Source: Rebecca billardiae RCC1528
Taxonomy: Eukaryota > Protista > Haptophyta
Reading direction: 5' to 3'
Assembly: GCA_965240325.2 (NCBI GenBank)
Contig: OZ251232.1
Span: 1,302,001 to 1,366,000, forward strand
Length of the DNA stretch: 64,000 nucleotides
In this document: piece after piece, positions 24,901 through 34,946 of the stretch
How positions within the stretch are numbered: position 1 is the first letter of the stretch
Layout: each line of letters begins with the position of its first letter
The notes under the pieces: model-generated
What the model was told of the DNA's origin: nothing
Databases searched by the model: none
The model's input: the letters and a program-made list of their open reading frames with translations, nothing else
Made by a program: the position numbers and the translations under genes

Positions 24901-26108
24901 CGCGGCGCGGAGGCGCGCGCGCCCGGCGCGCCGCCGGGCGAGACGCGCGGCGCGGTGCGGTTCGTCGCCGCGGACGCCACATCGGCCGACTCGGTGCCGG
25001 GCTCCGCGCCGAGCAGCCGCCGGGCGAACGAGAGCGGACCGGCGCGGCGCGGCGCGGACGCGGCGCCGGCCGCGCCGCCTCCGAGCCGCGCGCCGCTGGG
25101 CCCGTCGCGTCGTGCGCCGCCGCCGCCGCTGCCGTGCGCGCGCGCGTCGGCCGACATGCTGCTCCGCGCGGAGCCCAGCGTGGACGGCGACGGCGGCGGC
25201 ACGCGCGGCGTGTGCCCGCCAAAGTCGGGCGTGCTGGCCGAGCGCGCGCGCAGCCCCGCGCCACGCGCCTCCCGGCCAGCCACGTCCTTCGGCGCGCGCG
25301 CGGCCGGCTGCGCGCCGCCCGGCGCGGGCGCGGCGCCGTTGCCGGCGTGCGCCGGCGGCGGCGGCGCGGCGGGCAGCGCGAGCACCTCGAGCGGCTCCGT
25401 GCGCAGGTGCACGCGCTCGAAGATGTTCCGCCCCGGCAGCGCGAGCCGCGCCTGCAGCCTCGGGTGGTGCGCTCGGAGCAGCGCGGGCACCGCGCGAGAA
25501 CCGAACTCGAAGGAGCTGGTGAAGGCCTCCTCGCCCTCGGCGTCGAGCATGCTCAGGTCGCGCGCGAAGATGAGCGCCCCGTCGTCCAGGTAGAGCACGC
25601 GCCAGCCGCGCGGCAGCGCCTCCTCCGCCGCCGCCATCGTGCGTGCGGAGAGCGCGGGCGACGGCGAGGCGCTGGCCATTGCGCTGCCGCGCCCCGACGC
25701 GCCCGGGGTGGCCACGGCGAGGATCGGCGGGCTCGGGGGCGGGAGGCTGGGCGCGCGCATGCCGCCGCCGCCCGTGCCAACCGCGCCGGCGGTCGGCGGC
25801 GTGGGCCGCGAGGACGAGCCCGACGCGGCGCGCGCGGGCGGCGACGAGACAGGCGAGCGCGTGCTGGCCTCCGCGCGGCCGCCGAGCGCTCGGTACGGCG
25901 GCGAGGAGTCGTGGGCGGCGTGCACCGCGCTGCCACCGCTCATGAATGGCTCGTACGGCGCCGTGTCGCCCCACTCGGCGTACGACGACGTGGGCGCGTC
26001 CAACGGCGCGCGCTCGTCGGCGGAATGGTCGACGCCATTCGTCTCAGCCGCCGCCGCCTGCTCGGCCTTCGGCTTCGTCGGGCCGGATGCCATCGCCGAG
26101 AGGACCAT
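18951..26108 (-). CDS. Very large Ala/Pro-rich hypothetical protein with WW-like, coiled-coil, PH-like and C-terminal Tudor/chromo-barrel-like segments
   Basis: Open frame >7 kb (ATG at 26108 or 26093). LPRGWRVLYLDDG and GDIYYHDADTGLSW are WW-like; RRCWLALSADGCALVV...VCWAVGL is PH-like; WRHARVL..FKVSYDGADSDEDEWL is Tudor-knot-like. In-frame introns cannot be excluded. Confidence 0.65.
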   Translation of the reverse strand: MVLSAMASGPTKPKAEQAAAAETNGVDHSADERAPLDAPTSSYAEWGDTAPYEPFMSGGSAVHAAHDSSPPYRALGGRAEASTRSPVSSPPARAASGSSSRPTPPTAGAVGTGGGGMRAPSLPPPSPPILAVATPGASGRGSAMASASPSPALSARTMAAAEEALPRGWRVLYLDDGALIFARDLSMLDAEGEEAFTSSFEFGSRAVPALLRAHHPRLQARLALPGRNIFERVHLRTEPLEVLALPAAPPPPAHAGNGAAPAPGGAQPAARAPKDVAGREARGAGLRARSASTPDFGGHTPRVPPPSPSTLGSARSSMSADARAHGSGGGGARRDGPSGARLGGGAAGAASAPRRAGPLSFARRLLGAEPGTESADVASAATNRTAPRVSPGGAPGARASAPRSPGAGAVPTWVAVPTWVGEGDIYYHDADTGLSWALLSDAVAGAGGGAAPGADGGLGGVPLRTADEAHARGDAQQRTDDWRRQLSASTNLAPISSSYLAPISSTNLAPISSSYLGPAAARASPGARGAAESARALAAVAAVRCVMAHAHESSQRALLSRWRAASISLSRAEARAARVAPLLAQRSKLYALARAARGSGEQRHSSAATERSVAVSRERRRVATLCRAVGAWAEAAALATARRARHAAESGALVPSALADSRLSPRRGSGAGVGLGAGGGVFGLGSAVSPASRRSAVAAGLLGGGGCRAPALPSLYAARRQGVLDLAAAAQRARAKARTRAAEAAAASARAASLERQVSHLEARLESGARAVLSERASQRTLRLQLRAARDAVRAPARAAALRRGAALWVAPPPPQYARAAGASRRRAVAPRDPPALAHCLATALGLRPSWLRRGAGGRAEARARAPPPAEPAAAALRRCWLALSADGCALVVSDDAASAAAGRGTRLPLEAVWVRMIPGDGRARPTAGGGAAAAERARRRLPPPWLGFCVCPAPDASGGGFGGGGQPEPGGARFGAISEPGAPPFAPVSVYASERRTAVCWAVGLAEAAAAARAAAGRRGVPAGAPVSEGLMLRQRARARLASRAAELGMSRAMLLTYARAVAYRALASEARTDMLASVEAALVRRYQQIELLSLALDVLNFKLGAGPPTAVRSFWRAAVPRLRAMALALGLPVELHSLRRCVFAFARADAGAGAAVVAMADGGADAAGGARLGARELDWRWLGLRFGEGGAAEAPGAGPELVLLQTSLPLAHVPHAEPVKEEAIPAAEAAGATHGVGGGGGGGGGAVPTAGVPGLLGEEEGAASSVCSDEHSDAGGSSADEPTGAHAGRAAAAPASLWLCAARDMRAVEKHLRETRRANAAAAAAAAVAESAAAHAAAREAGADAASRPPPPPASFGLPAAHVTRVRDAANYLLAKLELPPLSAEARAALGRWRSALAASDAAPLAHAIDATAELRAAGAAAEADGAAPDGADGGGGGGDGGADDDSWARALAASRSRAAAQSTTGASAGAAAPRRAEAVAFHTVPSSAVLCFAADAGAASKAASWGEGVPRSQQQQQQQQQGGGAALADAWQAGMAGAGVGAAAAPSPPPGGSGAVASVRFTQLRGGVRAAVPHTRAQVALLLHTAQPAAVRTALLPPGACVRVAVRAPGVWLYELRARRGLGAAGTAASADGRSPAAAAAAAARPTAGCYAGCYGVVHVTPSDSPLSQYGRFATDEEEEQAREHGGGARGADGAEPAAQPHAPPAPEPAPARLALPCSAAALHAAAQALRLKLAGMRPLGDDTHMSKLRRAEEEMAAAESRSLAQRRTVSALASSGGGAGAAERARAAAHAAADADGAADDAASLHRFAHPPSSQVAVFRLGAGGGGGVGTPTGGAAGAAEGARHADATAGPGSAQPPARPRPAVGTHGAAPPSLLWAKSGGDEDEEEEEEAGGGGGGALGRRGARHRGSGARASAGGPPDSSGVDPFGAYAEGLFPTAFPPAQPPRSGGRPGARSAGRPAPPARSSSRGRISLASLEPLPELPTAPPQQQPTAARSEPEIAPEIAPEIAREIAREIAPEVVPEIAPPPTPHDAAVPLASANAEQLTPPTPPQPTPPTPAPQQPQPAPQQPAWPHAAARAGPPPREPSPPPRPAAPVGEPAAARAPPRTAAPPEAAAAAAAGGAGVRAVVWSQLAPGARVLVCRADDEAARAEDADAWRHARVLSRRAAARAGAPPEFKVSYDGADSDEDEWLSAAEDGARVRPFVEREARSGEQPPSSTAHCQPRSARQPPPRAPADGGGGGGMPRADDADARSAEARADAPPPPTVPDPPAGGAAPPAARPPRMRTAHSSPTLSVSDPPPGPDDALERPSAARGAAATADPARWIEMERLRLKQQKDALAERRAQRRRRSESGGGSSPSGGSASGASPVAGGSPRWPVD
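20017..20103. repeat. 12-nt coding minisatellite (EIAP/EIAR)
   Basis: About 7 units of GCGCAATCTCG(G/C). Confidence 0.85.
24560..24647. repeat. 24-nt coding minisatellite (ISSSYLAP/ISSTNLAP)
   Basis: About 3.5 units containing CTCGAGATCGGCGCGAGAT. Confidence 0.85.
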
Positions 26109-26322
26109 GGGGCGTCGAGGCCCGCAGCAGCTGCCCCTGCCGCGCGGCGGCGCGACCGGCGGCTGGGCAGCGCACGCGCGGCGCCGTGCTCGCGGCGGCG
26201 CGAAAAGAGCTGCTTGCTGATGCTTGGTCCTCGGACCGCCCGATCGAGAGCTCCACTCAGTGACCACGGTGCCTCGCCGTCCCCGCTGATCGGCGGAGGG
26301 GACTCTCACGCCCATCCCCGCG

Positions 26323-27042
26323 ATGGCGGCCGGCGCGCCGAACGCGGGCGCCGGCGAGGCGGAGGAGGCGGGCGGCGGCGGGAGGCAATGCCGCATCTGC
26401 TGCGACGACACGGACGGCGACGGCGACGAGCGCCTCTTCCGCCCGTGCCTCTGCCGCGGCTCCCTCGCCCTCGTCCACGTCGGCTGCCTGGACACGTGGC
26501 GGAAGACATCGGCCAACCCAAACTCCCGCTGGCGGTGCGACGTGTGTCGGCACGAGTACAGCTTCCGCGCGGCGTTCGGCGCGGACCGGCTGCTCCTCTC
26601 GCGCGTGCTCAGCTCGCCCTGCTTCAGCGAGCTCGCCAGCCTCGCCATCCTCGGCTGCGCCGTCTTTCTCTCCGGGTTCTGCGCCAAGGCCTTCCTCTAC
26701 CCGGACTGGCACGGGGTCTTTGTGGTGGACTGGGCGCACTGGGTGCTCGGCGCGTCGGTCACGGGCCTCGGCTCGGTGCTCGGCTGGCTCGTCGCGACGA
26801 TCGGCCCGTACCACGGCCTGCAGGTCGCCGGGCAGCAGGCGCCGTGGAACTACGTGCCGCGCGGCGCGCGCGGCAACCACAACACTGACGGCCTCTTCAC
26901 CGTCGTGGCGGCCATCGTTGTGGTGGTCGGCCTCGGCATGGCGCTCGTGTGGATACACCGCGTGGTCAAGGCGCAGACCAGGCGCGCGCTTCACCACGGG
27001 GCGCAGGTCGTGCTCGACGTCGCGCACAAGAAGCAGCAGTGA
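26323..27042 (+). CDS. Membrane-associated RING-CH (MARCH-type) E3 ubiquitin ligase
   Basis: CRICC...PCLCRGSLALVHVGCLDTW...CDVC (RINGv) followed by several transmembrane helices. Confidence 0.9.
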   Translation: MAAGAPNAGAGEAEEAGGGGRQCRICCDDTDGDGDERLFRPCLCRGSLALVHVGCLDTWRKTSANPNSRWRCDVCRHEYSFRAAFGADRLLLSRVLSSPCFSELASLAILGCAVFLSGFCAKAFLYPDWHGVFVVDWAHWVLGASVTGLGSVLGWLVATIGPYHGLQVAGQQAPWNYVPRGARGNHNTDGLFTVVAAIVVVVGLGMALVWIHRVVKAQTRRALHHGAQVVLDVAHKKQQ

Positions 27043-27463
27043 TGAGCTCGACGGCGCCACCAGTGCTGCGTAGGAATCGAAATAGCGACGCGACGCGACG
27101 GGCCAGACGCCGCGCGGCATGAGGCGCGACTCGCCCCGCTCGCGTCCGTCGCGGCGACGACAGTGGCATGTGATCGCCAGCCGCCCGCGGCATGAGCGGC
27201 CACCACGGCCCATTGGCATGGGTAAGCATCCTGGTGTCACGTTCAACAGACAGTTCAGACAGACTGAATCACTCTGACTGACATTTTCCAACTCGTTCAC
27301 TGTTGCTCCGCTGCTCAGCGTTTGACGAGGAAGCAGAGTCCGGGAGCCACCGCGAGGTCCGGCTCGGCGGTTCGCCCGACTTCCGCGTGGAGCGCGCGGC
27401 CGACCCGCGACGAAGCATCTGGGACCCTCTGCCCGCTCACGTCAGCCGCATCGCGACATCGAC

Positions 27464-28693
27464 ATGCAGCGCAGCAACGCCGCGCTCGTGGCGCTCCTTG
27501 TCGCCTTGTGCTGCGGGCTCGGGGCGGCGCTGCGCGCGCCGCTCGCGGCCCGGCCCGCATCCGCCATGGCGCCCGTACACGCCGCGCCGCTCCGCGCACG
27601 CGCGGCCGTCGTGTGCTCGATGGAGGGCGACGACGACAGCGACGACGGCATGGACTCGGCGCCCTCCGACACGGGCGAGGACGACGACGAGCCGATGATG
27701 GGCTCCTCGCCGTTCGGCGGCGCGGACGACGAGCTCTCGATCGCAAAGCAGTCGCTCCTCTCCGAGCTCGGCGACGGCCTCCGCGCCACCACGCCGAGCG
27801 CGCCGAGCTTTGGCGGCTCGTCGCAGGGCAGCGGGCGCAAGCTCGACCGCGAGCTGATCGCCGAGCTGCTGCTGACGCTGGAGAAGCTGAACCCCACGTC
27901 GGCGCCGGCCATGTCGCCGTTGCTCAACGGCAAGTGGAAGTTCGTGTACGCCGGCGGCAAGACGCCGGGGCTCGCGGCGCTGCGCTCGCTGCTCAACCTC
28001 GCGGCCCTCGTCCCAAAGTCGCCGTCGGGTGCGCCGACGGTTGACATCGGAGACGCCGTCCTCACGATCTCGCGCACGCAGCCGCGCGTGGAGGCGTCGC
28101 TGAGCACGCGCGTGCTCTCGCTTGAGAACACGCTCAAGCTCTTCGCCAGCCTCGAGACGAAGACGGGCAGCGTGATGGTCGAGGAGTACAAGGAGCTTGA
28201 GAGCTCGCTTGTGGGTGAGCGCACACGCGCGGCGCGCGCGCGCGTGTGTTTGGCGCCACCCGCGAGCGTGCGGCCGCGAGCATGCGCGTATGGCGTCCGT
28301 GCGGATGGCGCGCGCGCGGCGAGGCGTGCCGGGGAGCGCGACTCTCTCTCTTGTGGTGTGCACGGCCGGCCTCGCCGCCCGAGTGCCGCGCCCGCTCGCC
28401 TCGCCGCCCTCCACTCGAGGCACAAAACGCACACGCTGACCAACCGACCCGTCCTCTGCGGCCGGCCCTGCTGCGTGCGTGCGTGCGTGTGTGCAGGCTT
28501 CAAGCTGCCCTTCCAGTCGCCCGCGTCGTTCAAGCGCTCCCTCGTCGTGACGTACCTCGACGACGACCTGCTGGTCGTGCGCTCGCTCGGCGGCGCGCCG
28601 GACGTGCTCGTGCGCTCGGAGAAGGAGTGGACGGGCGCGGCCGCGGACGACGGCTGGGAGAGCGTGCCGGTCGACGAGCCGTCGGACCTGTAA
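27464..28693 (+). CDS. Plastid lipid-associated protein / fibrillin
   Basis: Signal + transit peptide; IAELLLTLEKLNPT..LLNGKWKFVY; LVVTYLDDDLLVVR; intron 28215-28496. Confidence 0.9.
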   Translation: MQRSNAALVALLVALCCGLGAALRAPLAARPASAMAPVHAAPLRARAAVVCSMEGDDDSDDGMDSAPSDTGEDDDEPMMGSSPFGGADDELSIAKQSLLSELGDGLRATTPSAPSFGGSSQGSGRKLDRELIAELLLTLEKLNPTSAPAMSPLLNGKWKFVYAGGKTPGLAALRSLLNLAALVPKSPSGAPTVDIGDAVLTISRTQPRVEASLSTRVLSLENTLKLFASLETKTGSVMVEEYKELESSLVGERTRAARARVCLAPPASVRPRACAYGVRADGARAARRAGERDSLSCGVHGRPRRPSAAPARLAALHSRHKTHTLTNRPVLCGRPCCVRACVCAGFKLPFQSPASFKRSLVVTYLDDDLLVVRSLGGAPDVLVRSEKEWTGAAADDGWESVPVDEPSDL

Positions 28694-29546
28694 GTAAGTA
28701 TGTTAGTCAGATGTGAGTACGCCGCGGCCGCTGCGGCCGTGCGTCTGCCGACGCGAGGTGCCACGCGTCGCACCATCTGCCATTCCAACGCCAACGTCGG
28801 GCTCACGTGCGCCCGCGGGAGTCGAAGCGGTGTCTCTAGAAGTAGAGATGGGCCGCCGGCGGCCGGCCAAGACCGCGGATGCGCGGTGCTGTGCCGGCGT
28901 GTGTGGCAACGGACACGGTGTGGCACCGCGAGCGCGCGCGCGGTGCTGCTCCGGGACCCGTACTAGCTATATATACAATGATATGATGGCGCAGCAGCGC
29001 CAGCATGCTGATCAATACGTCGTCATCGATTCATCGTCATGCAGCAGTCGATCAATATGTCATGCAGTGCTGACTGATATGCAGTCGTGAACTGGCTTAC
29101 AGGCTTACGACTAGTTACTGATGGCTGAATAACTGCGCCACCGCCGTCCGCCCGCGCCGCGCTACGACCATCTAACGACCATCGTCAAGCTGTCAGACTC
29201 ATCAGTACTGCGGCCGGCGTAACTCTGGCGTATGTAACTACGACGATCGCGTCTTATATTACGACTCGTCCCTTCTTACCCGCCGCGCGGCTGAGCGTCA
29301 GGCTGCGCGGTCGGGTACTCGTAGCAGTCGTAGGCTTTAGGCTGCTGTCGGGTCGGGCGTGGACGTGCGCACGGGCGCCCAACCATATGTGCCATCATCA
29401 CCATCGGCGTGATGGCGCCGAAGGTCGTTGGCGATTGGCGCAACGCCGGAGACGATAAGCCGCTCGCACGCCGCCGAGCGCCGCGCTGATGCCCAGCGCA
29501 GGGGCGGCCGCGGCCCGAATCATGCGGGCGCGGGCTCGGGCGCCGC

Positions 29547-31639
29547 CTAGGCGGCAGGTGCGGGCTGCGCATCGCCCTTCTGGGGCTGCGCGTTTGCCCT
29601 GCTCAGCCCGATCGCGGCGAGCAGGGCGCAGCCTGACGGGCGCGCGGCGCGCGGGCGAGGCGTCGCGGCGTCAGGGCGCGGGTGGCGGGCGCGGCTGGCC
29701 GCAGGCGACGCGCGCCGCGCGCGCGGCGTCGGCGCGCGCGCACTAAGGGCGGCGGTCGAGCAGCGCAGCGCGCCAACGGTGCCCAGTTTGCCGATCGAGA
29801 GGAAGACCACGACGACGATCAGGTTGAGCGGGATCCCGAACAGGTTCATGATGGCGCCCCGGTGCTCGTCCGGCAGCACCTTGGAGCGCAGCGTGCCGAT
29901 GCACGGGAAGTACACGCCCACGCACGCCTCGAAGGCGAAGAGGGCGAGCGTGAGCGCGCCGAGCGCGGAGCGCGAGGCGGCGACGGTGGCCGTCGCCATC
30001 GCGCCCACGCCGAGGGCGAGCATGGACACAGTCACGCTCTCCGTGCGCCTCCCCGCCTTCGCCGCGAGCGCGAACGCCGACGAGCCGAGCATGCAGCACG
30101 CCATGAAGCACGAGAAGATGGCGCCGAACGGGACGGCCGCGCCGCTCGCCGCGTCGCCGAGCGCGCCGATCGCCGCGCGGAAGGCCGGCGGCCAGACGAG
30201 CACGAAGGTGTACCTGCGCCGCGCACGAGCGCGCGCGCCGACGGGTGCGCACGGCGCGAGGGACGCGCGGCGCACGGCTCAGCTCGGCGTGCTGCCTCGG
30301 CGCGCGCGCGCGAGCGCGCGCACGCCTCGCCGGCGTGCCGCCCCTTGGCAGGGCGCGCCGCCCCTTGGCAGGGCGCGCCGCCCCTTGGCAGGGCGCGCGT
30401 TGGCAGGGCGCCCCTTGGCAGGGCGCGCGTTGGCAGGGCGCCCCTTGGCAGGGCGCGCGTTGGCAGGGCGCGTGTGTTGGCAGGGCGCGTTGTGCGCGCG
30501 CACATGGCGCCCTCAAAGAAGGCCTGGATGCCGCCGACGAGCATGACGCGCTTGTCCGAGAGCATCGCCTGCCACGCGCTGCCCACGCGGCGCACCAGCG
30601 CGTTCGAGCCCTCCCCGCCCGCCTCCCCCTTCGCACCCTCCCCGCTCCCGCCGCCACCGCTCCCGCCGCCGCCGCCAAAGTTCTCCTTCCAGGTGGTGGC
30701 GACCAGCGTGGCGCCGAGCAGCAGGAAGCCGATGGAGAGGAGGAACGGGGCGACGGGGCCGCCGTACGAGGCGACCCCGCCCGCGAGCTGCCCCGCGAGC
30801 ATCGCCACCACCGAGTCGCCCAGGTACGCCAGCCCGAACGTCTGCGAGAGCAGGCTGCCGCCCATCCCGCCCTTGGAGTGCTCGCCGATCAGCCACGCCT
30901 CGGGCGCGGAGAAGAGGAGCGAGGTGCCGACGCCGCCGCAGAAGCGGCCGGCGTAGAGGAGCGGGAGGGAGGCCGCGCTCGTGCTCAGCGCGCCGAGCGA
31001 GTACGCCGCGGCGAACGCGAGCGAGGCGCGCTTCCGCCCGAGCAGGTCCACCATGCTGCCAACAAACGGACCAATCAGCATGGTGGAGCCAAACCCGGCG
31101 AGGAAGAGGCGCGCGACGCCGTCGGCGGAGACGGGGATGCCGCCGATCAGCTTCGAGGCGTACACGTCGTAGAAGTACGGCCCCTGCAGCCAGTCCGCCA
31201 TCTTGTACAGCCAGAACACCGCGAGGAAGCGGTTGCGCAGCGAGCGCTCGGGGGCCGTGAGCGCGGCCGCCTCGCCGCCGCTCTGCTGCCTGCTGCGCAC
31301 GACGACCTGGAGCGCGAGGCAGGCGAGCGCGAGCACCCAGAAGACGGAGTTGTACAGCGTGCCCACCGACAGCGCGCCCGAGCGCAGGCTGCTCACCACG
31401 CCCTGCCCGCCGCGCAGCTGCAGCATCATGTGCGGACCGGACGACGGGCACGCGGGCGAGCGCGTGTGCGCGCCGCGCGGCAGGGCGGAGGAGCCGAGCT
31501 GGAGCGATGCGCGTGCCGAGGGCGTGCGGCCGAGGCGGACTGGCGAGGCGAACGCGCCGGCCGCGCCGATCTGCGACGCCACCGCGGCGCAAAGCAGCAC
31601 GGCCGCGCGGCAGGTGGTGAGGGCGCGCATGCCGGCCAT
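29547..31639 (-). CDS. MFS molybdate-anion transporter family (MFSD5/MOT2-like) with N-terminal presequence
   Basis: ADWLQGPYFYDVY, TSLLFSAPEAW, FFEGAM|YTFVLVW, RGAIMNLFGIPLN; introns 30503-30214 and 29743-29633. Confidence 0.9.
30341..30490. repeat. Intronic minisatellite
   Basis: Nine copies of TTGGCAGGGCG at 15-20 nt spacing. Confidence 0.9.
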
Positions 31640-31830
31640 CGACAGATGAGTCGTAAATGACGTGCGCTCTTCGGCCTCGTCGCCGGCCGCTTTGAAAGGT
31701 TTCGAGAGCGCGGGGCCGCTTTTGTGTTGCGCGCGTCCGGAGTCCGGTGCTTGCTGGGCAGCCGACCGGTGTCACAGCTCGCTCAAGCTGCAGCAAGCCG
31801 CGGCCTCATCGTGGCCGTTGGCGCGCGCGG

Positions 31831-33846
31831 ATGCGCGAGGCGCACCGGCTCCTCCTCTTCGTCGAGTCCGTCGTGCCGGAGGGCCCCGTCCTGCGCCGCC
31901 CTGTCCTCGGCTTCCGGCTGCTCCAGCTCCCGCCGCTCTTCATCGCCGCGCCGCCCGCGGCGATCGACCACGAGATTGTGAGCCTGCTGCCGGGATCGCC
32001 CATCCCGTTCGGCGTGGGCAAGGACTGCCTGTTCAGCTCGAGCGCGCCGCTGCCGGAGTACGTGACGTTGGAGCTGCGGCTGGTCGACGACGCCGACGGC
32101 CGCCACGTCGGCTCGGGCGCGCTGCGCCTGCCCGTGCGTGCGCCGGAGCTCTCGGCCGATCTGCAGTTTGCCGAGTGTCGCCTCTCGCCGCCGCCGCCGC
32201 CCGCAGCGGCGGTGAGCCTCCCCGCCCACGCCGAGCCGCAGGCGGACGCGCACGCGCACGCACCGGCGCACCCGGGCACCGCGCGCGTCCGCATCCGCTG
32301 GCGGCTGCTGCCGGAGGCGCTCGCCGCGCTGGACGATCCGTTCCGGGCGCTGGCGGCGGCCATGGCTGACGTCCCTGACTCTCGCTCCGGTGGGGAGGGC
32401 GAGGAGGAGGCGGCGGCGTCCGTGGCGGGTATGGGCGCAGGGGACGCACTCGGTGACGACGACCAAGCCCAGCCGCTCGCGAGCGCCGCGGCACACGCGC
32501 CCGCCGCGGCAGAGGGCACCGCCGCCGCACCGCCGCAGCCGCAGCCGCAGCCGGCCGCGCCCGCGCCTGTGCGCGCGCTGGCTGCGGATGTGCGAACCTC
32601 GGTGCAGCTGTGCGCGCCGTGCGTGCACGTGCACGCGGGGACGGTGGTGCTGCACGGCGCGCACGGCGTGGCGGGCGCGGGCGAGGCGGTGCTCCTGCAC
32701 GGCGCGGGCACGGCGCCGTCGGCGCAGCCCGCGCGGCCGCCACCGCTGCGCCCGACGAGCGCCGCCCACGGCGCTGCGACCACCGACGGCGGCGGCGGCG
32801 GCGGCGGTGATGGTGATGGTGCCTCGGGTGCAGGCGGCGGCGGCTTTGACGAGGCGCTGCTACGCGAGAGCCTGATCCCCGGGGCTCGCGCCGTGCACCC
32901 GTCGCGCGCCCTCCTGCGCGCGGTTGGCCTTGGCAACGCCACCGCCAGCCGCAGCGCGCAGCAGTCCGCGCCCGCCCAGCCGCCACCGATCGCCTTCTAT
33001 CGGCCCCGCGCGGCGCTCGACGCGCGCGCGGCGGCGCGCGCGGAGGAGCAGAGGCCGGTCGGTGGCGTGTACGACCTGGTGCAGCCCCCGCCGCTGCACT
33101 ACGAGGCGACGGGCGCCGCCGCCGCTCCCAGGTTTCGGCCTCGGACGGCCGCAGCGCGCGCACCCAGCTCGGCCGCCTCGGCCGCCGCGGCTGCCGAGGC
33201 GGCCGCGCGCGCGCGCGCGCACGCCGCAGCCGTGTGCGGCCCGTCGCACCCCGCGACGGCGCTGTTCGCCCACGCAGCGACGGCGCCCGAGGGCGCCGGC
33301 GCGCACGCCGCGCGCGCGATGGACGCGCTCTCACGGCGCACGAGCGGCGCGGAGGCGCTCGCCGTCCACGAGCGCCACACCGCCGCCCTCGCGCCCAGCC
33401 TGCAGCCCGCGTGGCAGGACCGGCCCATGCTGCCGACCTCGCGCGCCGCCCTCGCGCAGCTCAGCCTGGACCTCGAGTACATGGGCACGCGCGACTACGC
33501 TGCCGAGGTGCTCCGCGAGTCCGTGCTCGCAGACCACCCGGAGATCCGGCGCGCGCCGCGGCCGGCGGTCGTCGTGGGCGCCGCCTCGCCCGCGCCGAGG
33601 GCGGCCGGGCCGAGCGCTGCGCCGGGCCTCAGCCCCGCCGACCGTGCGGCGAGCCGGCGCGCCGTGCCCGCGCCGCACGATGGAGGCTCGCCCTCGCCCG
33701 CGTCGAGCCGGAGCGGGCGCATGCTGTCGCTCAGTGCGCGCGAGCTCAACCGGCTGCCGCACAACACGCGCTACGCGCACGCCCACGGGGGCGGCGCGAC
33801 GCGTCGCACTGCCGAGCAGCGCGCTGCGCTGCGAGGGCGAGCATAA
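31831..33846 (+). CDS. Hypothetical protein with MAP10-like N-terminal domain
   Basis: RPVLGFRLLQLPPLFI...FGVGKDCLF resembles the MAP10/KIAA1383 N-terminal motif (from recall); the rest is low complexity. Confidence 0.6.
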   Translation: MREAHRLLLFVESVVPEGPVLRRPVLGFRLLQLPPLFIAAPPAAIDHEIVSLLPGSPIPFGVGKDCLFSSSAPLPEYVTLELRLVDDADGRHVGSGALRLPVRAPELSADLQFAECRLSPPPPPAAAVSLPAHAEPQADAHAHAPAHPGTARVRIRWRLLPEALAALDDPFRALAAAMADVPDSRSGGEGEEEAAASVAGMGAGDALGDDDQAQPLASAAAHAPAAAEGTAAAPPQPQPQPAAPAPVRALAADVRTSVQLCAPCVHVHAGTVVLHGAHGVAGAGEAVLLHGAGTAPSAQPARPPPLRPTSAAHGAATTDGGGGGGGDGDGASGAGGGGFDEALLRESLIPGARAVHPSRALLRAVGLGNATASRSAQQSAPAQPPPIAFYRPRAALDARAAARAEEQRPVGGVYDLVQPPPLHYEATGAAAAPRFRPRTAAARAPSSAASAAAAAEAAARARAHAAAVCGPSHPATALFAHAATAPEGAGAHAARAMDALSRRTSGAEALAVHERHTAALAPSLQPAWQDRPMLPTSRAALAQLSLDLEYMGTRDYAAEVLRESVLADHPEIRRAPRPAVVVGAASPAPRAAGPSAAPGLSPADRAASRRAVPAPHDGGSPSPASSRSGRMLSLSARELNRLPHNTRYAHAHGGGATRRTAEQRAALRGRA

Positions 33847-34946
33847 CGATTGGCGGACACTACGCCCGGCACACGCGCAGCCTCACCGTGCCCACTCGGG
33901 CCGTTGCTGCGGCCTAAGCTCATTCCGGATCGCCCCTAGCTAGGCCGCCAGGCCCTGTGAGGCCGCGGTGCTCACTACCGCGGTGCTCGGCTGAGTGCTG
34001 TGCCGTAGCAGTACTAGGCCTAGCGTAAAGACAGTTTAGTAAAGTAAAGTTCCGCAAAAGTTGCGTCTCGGCGAGCTTTCGCCAGCGCCAGCCTCACAGT
34101 GACAGTCACTGCCGGGCGGCGCCACGTATACAATTATTACAGTAGACGCCTTTAGTGTCACGATGACGAACGTATGACTGCGCTGATGTCATTGGCACTG
34201 GCAGTTCGGTTTATCAGTTCCCGGAACCGATGGCCCTGACCGGCGCCCGCGCGGTGCAGGGCGGAGTGCGCAGCGTGCAGCCCGCACCGCGAGGGCCTCA
34301 CTACGCGTAGGGGTCAAACGGATCATCTTCATTCGTCGTTTGCTGATCCGAGCACCGCGCACTCGACTGGCAGTGTCACAGGCAGCACCGACCGCGCCAA
34401 AGCCACGCAACGGTTGCCCGTACCGCCGCGTCCGCTTCTGTCCGCCACAAGCGCTTGTGCTGTGCCTTGAACCAGTGCGCATTCGGCTAGCATAGATGAA
34501 GCTCCCTCTTCATAGATCCCGCGTCTGGCCCTTGCAGATGAAGCGTGAGCCGCAAGCGAACGCACTGAAGTCACGCAAACACCATTTGGGCGGATTGGGC
34601 GCTGAACGGAGGCCACTGACTGAGTGACGGAGGCGAGCCATGCGCGTCAGCCGAGGGGCCATTAGGTGCTACCAGGCCTGCCCGCCACACGCACCGTCGC
34701 AAAGCCTCCGCCTTCGCCAGCGCGGACCAGAGGCGAGGCCGCACGCCACTTCAGCCACTTTGCGGGCGTCGTGCGGGCGGTGCTGGCCAACTTGAGGTTG
34801 AGGCTTGCTTGGCCAGGTTTATAAACTGTAGATAGCTGATGAAACAAACAGCAAAGCAGGTCTGATACGACGAAACTGCTCAGTTCCAGGAATCTCGATG
34901 GCTGAACAAGTCCAATTCTGACCGGTTCGTCAATCCGTCAATACTT

